A stretch of 19,462 bases of DNA from contig JAPDJO010000007.1 of NCBI GenBank assembly GCA_029259115.1, positions 1-19,462 on the forward strand, written 5' to 3'. The notes under the pieces are model-generated. The model was not told the origin of the DNA. It saw only the letters and a list, made by a program, of their open reading frames with translations, and did not search any database. A program made the translations under genes and the position numbers. The stretch is from Thermoplasmatota archaeon (GTDB taxonomy: Archaea; Thermoplasmatota; E2; DHVEG-1; B18-G2). Positions 18,276 to 19,462 of this stretch are shown one piece after another (position 1 is the stretch's first letter; every line of letters begins with the position of its first letter).

Positions 18276-19385
18276 GTGAAGGTTCTCTATGGTATATGCT
18301 CCTGGGGGTTAGGACATGCTACGAGATCCTTGCCAGTAATAAGAAGACTCATCAAAGAAGGCGCAGATATCACTATAATCTCTCATGGAAACTCCCTAGA
18401 ATTTTTGAGAAAAGAGTTGAGAGGAGAGGAAATAAGATTCTTTGATATCAAGGACTACCCTATACCTGTATCCGAAACGAAAGGCGCCTTTATTGCAAAG
18501 AGCATTATGTATTGGCCTAAGTTTATGCGGAGGATGAATAGAGGGATAAAATTCGTTGCAAAGTTATCGGAGAGGGAAAAATTTGACGTCATAATATCTG
18601 ATGGTAGATATGATATCTATAGCAGGAGGATACCATCCTTTTTAATTACTCATCAAGTTAGGATACTGAATCCCTTCAAGTTACGCATCTTTGAGTTTGG
18701 TAGTGAGATATTCAATTTATTCTTTCTTAAAAGATTCGTAAAGTTCCTGATACCAGACTATGAGAATAGTGACAATCTCTCCGGGAAACTTTCCCATGAT
18801 CTTAGACTGATAAAGAGGAACCAACTATCGTACATAGGGGTTCTTTCAGATTTTAGAAAAAGAGATCTCAGGAAAGATATAGACCTTCTTGTCTCTCTTA
18901 GTGGTCCAGAACCCCAGAGAGGTATTCTAGAGAGGATACTGATGAGCCAAATCAAAAATCTAGACGGAAGAATCGTTTTTACCCTGGGAAGGCCTGATAA
19001 AGACATTTTTAGGAGAGAGAAAAACATAGAGATTTACAGCATAGTTAGTAAAGAGAAAAGAGAGGAGCTAATGAATAGAGCCAGAATGATAGTAGCTAGA
19101 TCAGGATATTCAACAATTATGGATTTAGCCATAGTAAAAACTAAAGCTCTACTTATACCGACACCTGGACAAGTAGAGCAAGAATATTTGGCTAAATATC
19201 ACTTGAGAAAAAGGAGTTTCTACTGTGTTGAACAGAGTGAGATAGATCTACCGAGAGATCTTGAGATAGCGAAAGACTTCACAGGGATTAAAAGAGAGTG
19301 TGATGTCGAAAAAAGTGTTGAGAAAATAATGGAAGAGATAACAGAGACTGTCAACTTTTTGACTCGAAGATCAATTCCCTCCTAG
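18276..19385 (+). CDS. GT-B fold glycosyltransferase (MurG/GT28- or GT1-like)
   Basis: Start moved to GTG 18276 (MKVLYGICSWGLGHATRS); ISD, ITHQ, RSGYSTIMD and IPTPGQVEQEYLA nucleotide-sugar binding motifs. The ORF-track start at 18099 would overlap pyrF. Confidence 0.88.
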   Translation: MKVLYGICSWGLGHATRSLPVIRRLIKEGADITIISHGNSLEFLRKELRGEEIRFFDIKDYPIPVSETKGAFIAKSIMYWPKFMRRMNRGIKFVAKLSEREKFDVIISDGRYDIYSRRIPSFLITHQVRILNPFKLRIFEFGSEIFNLFFLKRFVKFLIPDYENSDNLSGKLSHDLRLIKRNQLSYIGVLSDFRKRDLRKDIDLLVSLSGPEPQRGILERILMSQIKNLDGRIVFTLGRPDKDIFRREKNIEIYSIVSKEKREELMNRARMIVARSGYSTIMDLAIVKTKALLIPTPGQVEQEYLAKYHLRKRSFYCVEQSEIDLPRDLEIAKDFTGIKRECDVEKSVEKIMEEITETVNFLTRRSIPS

Positions 19386-19406
19386 GGGGAAGCCCTAGGA
19401 GGGGAT
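19374..19406 (+). repeat. GC-rich inverted repeat spanning the glycosyltransferase stop and the next gene's SD
   Basis: CCCTCCTAGGG (19377-19387), loop GGAAG, CCCTAGGAGGG (19393-19403): perfect 11 bp, extendable by 3 pairs. Confidence 0.8.
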
Positions 19407-19412
19407 GTAAAA

Positions 19413-19462
19413 ATGGGTAAACATCTCGTAGAATTGCTCAACGAAAAAAGAATTTTTCGGTG
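19413..19462 (+). CDS. 5' end of a CDS truncated by the window edge (MGKHLVELLNEKRIFR...)
   Basis: ATG at 19413 preceded by SD GGAGGGG (19398-19404); open to the window end; too short to identify. Confidence 0.5.
   Translation, partial: MGKHLVELLNEKRIFR

Noticed and set aside
19350-19410. GTCAA-N4-TTGAC plus the larger hairpin read as an IS200/IS605-type end
   Set aside because: No transposase or TnpB/IscB sequence is visible, and the small dyad lies within glycosyltransferase codons; it cannot be supported from this window.

Overview
AT-rich archaeal core-genome window; gene content and protein style suggest a thermophilic Thermoplasmatota-like euryarchaeote (inference). Left to right: hsp20 and cdc48/VAT; a minus-strand run of Lrp ligand-binding domain, dph5, a HerA-family ATPase and a transglutaminase-like lipoprotein; a plus-strand run of rps3ae, a CoA-disulfide reductase/NADH oxidase-like enzyme, mre11 and rad50; a coiled-coil protein; a di-myo-inositol phosphate pair (ino1 and bifunctional IPCT/DIPPS); a radical SAM protein; pyrF; a glycosyltransferase; and a truncated ORF. 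There are three main signals. (1) An unannotated two-hairpin box H/ACA guide RNA (17254-17392, minus strand) whose pockets appear to tile onto 23S rRNA helix 89 next to the peptidyl-transferase centre. (2) A HerA ATPase with a C-terminal endonuclease III-like Fe-S module and no nurA in the window. (3) A 16-bp strand-specific hairpin that buries the Shine-Dalgarno of the DIP operon. I saw no CRISPR array, tRNA, rRNA or transposase.
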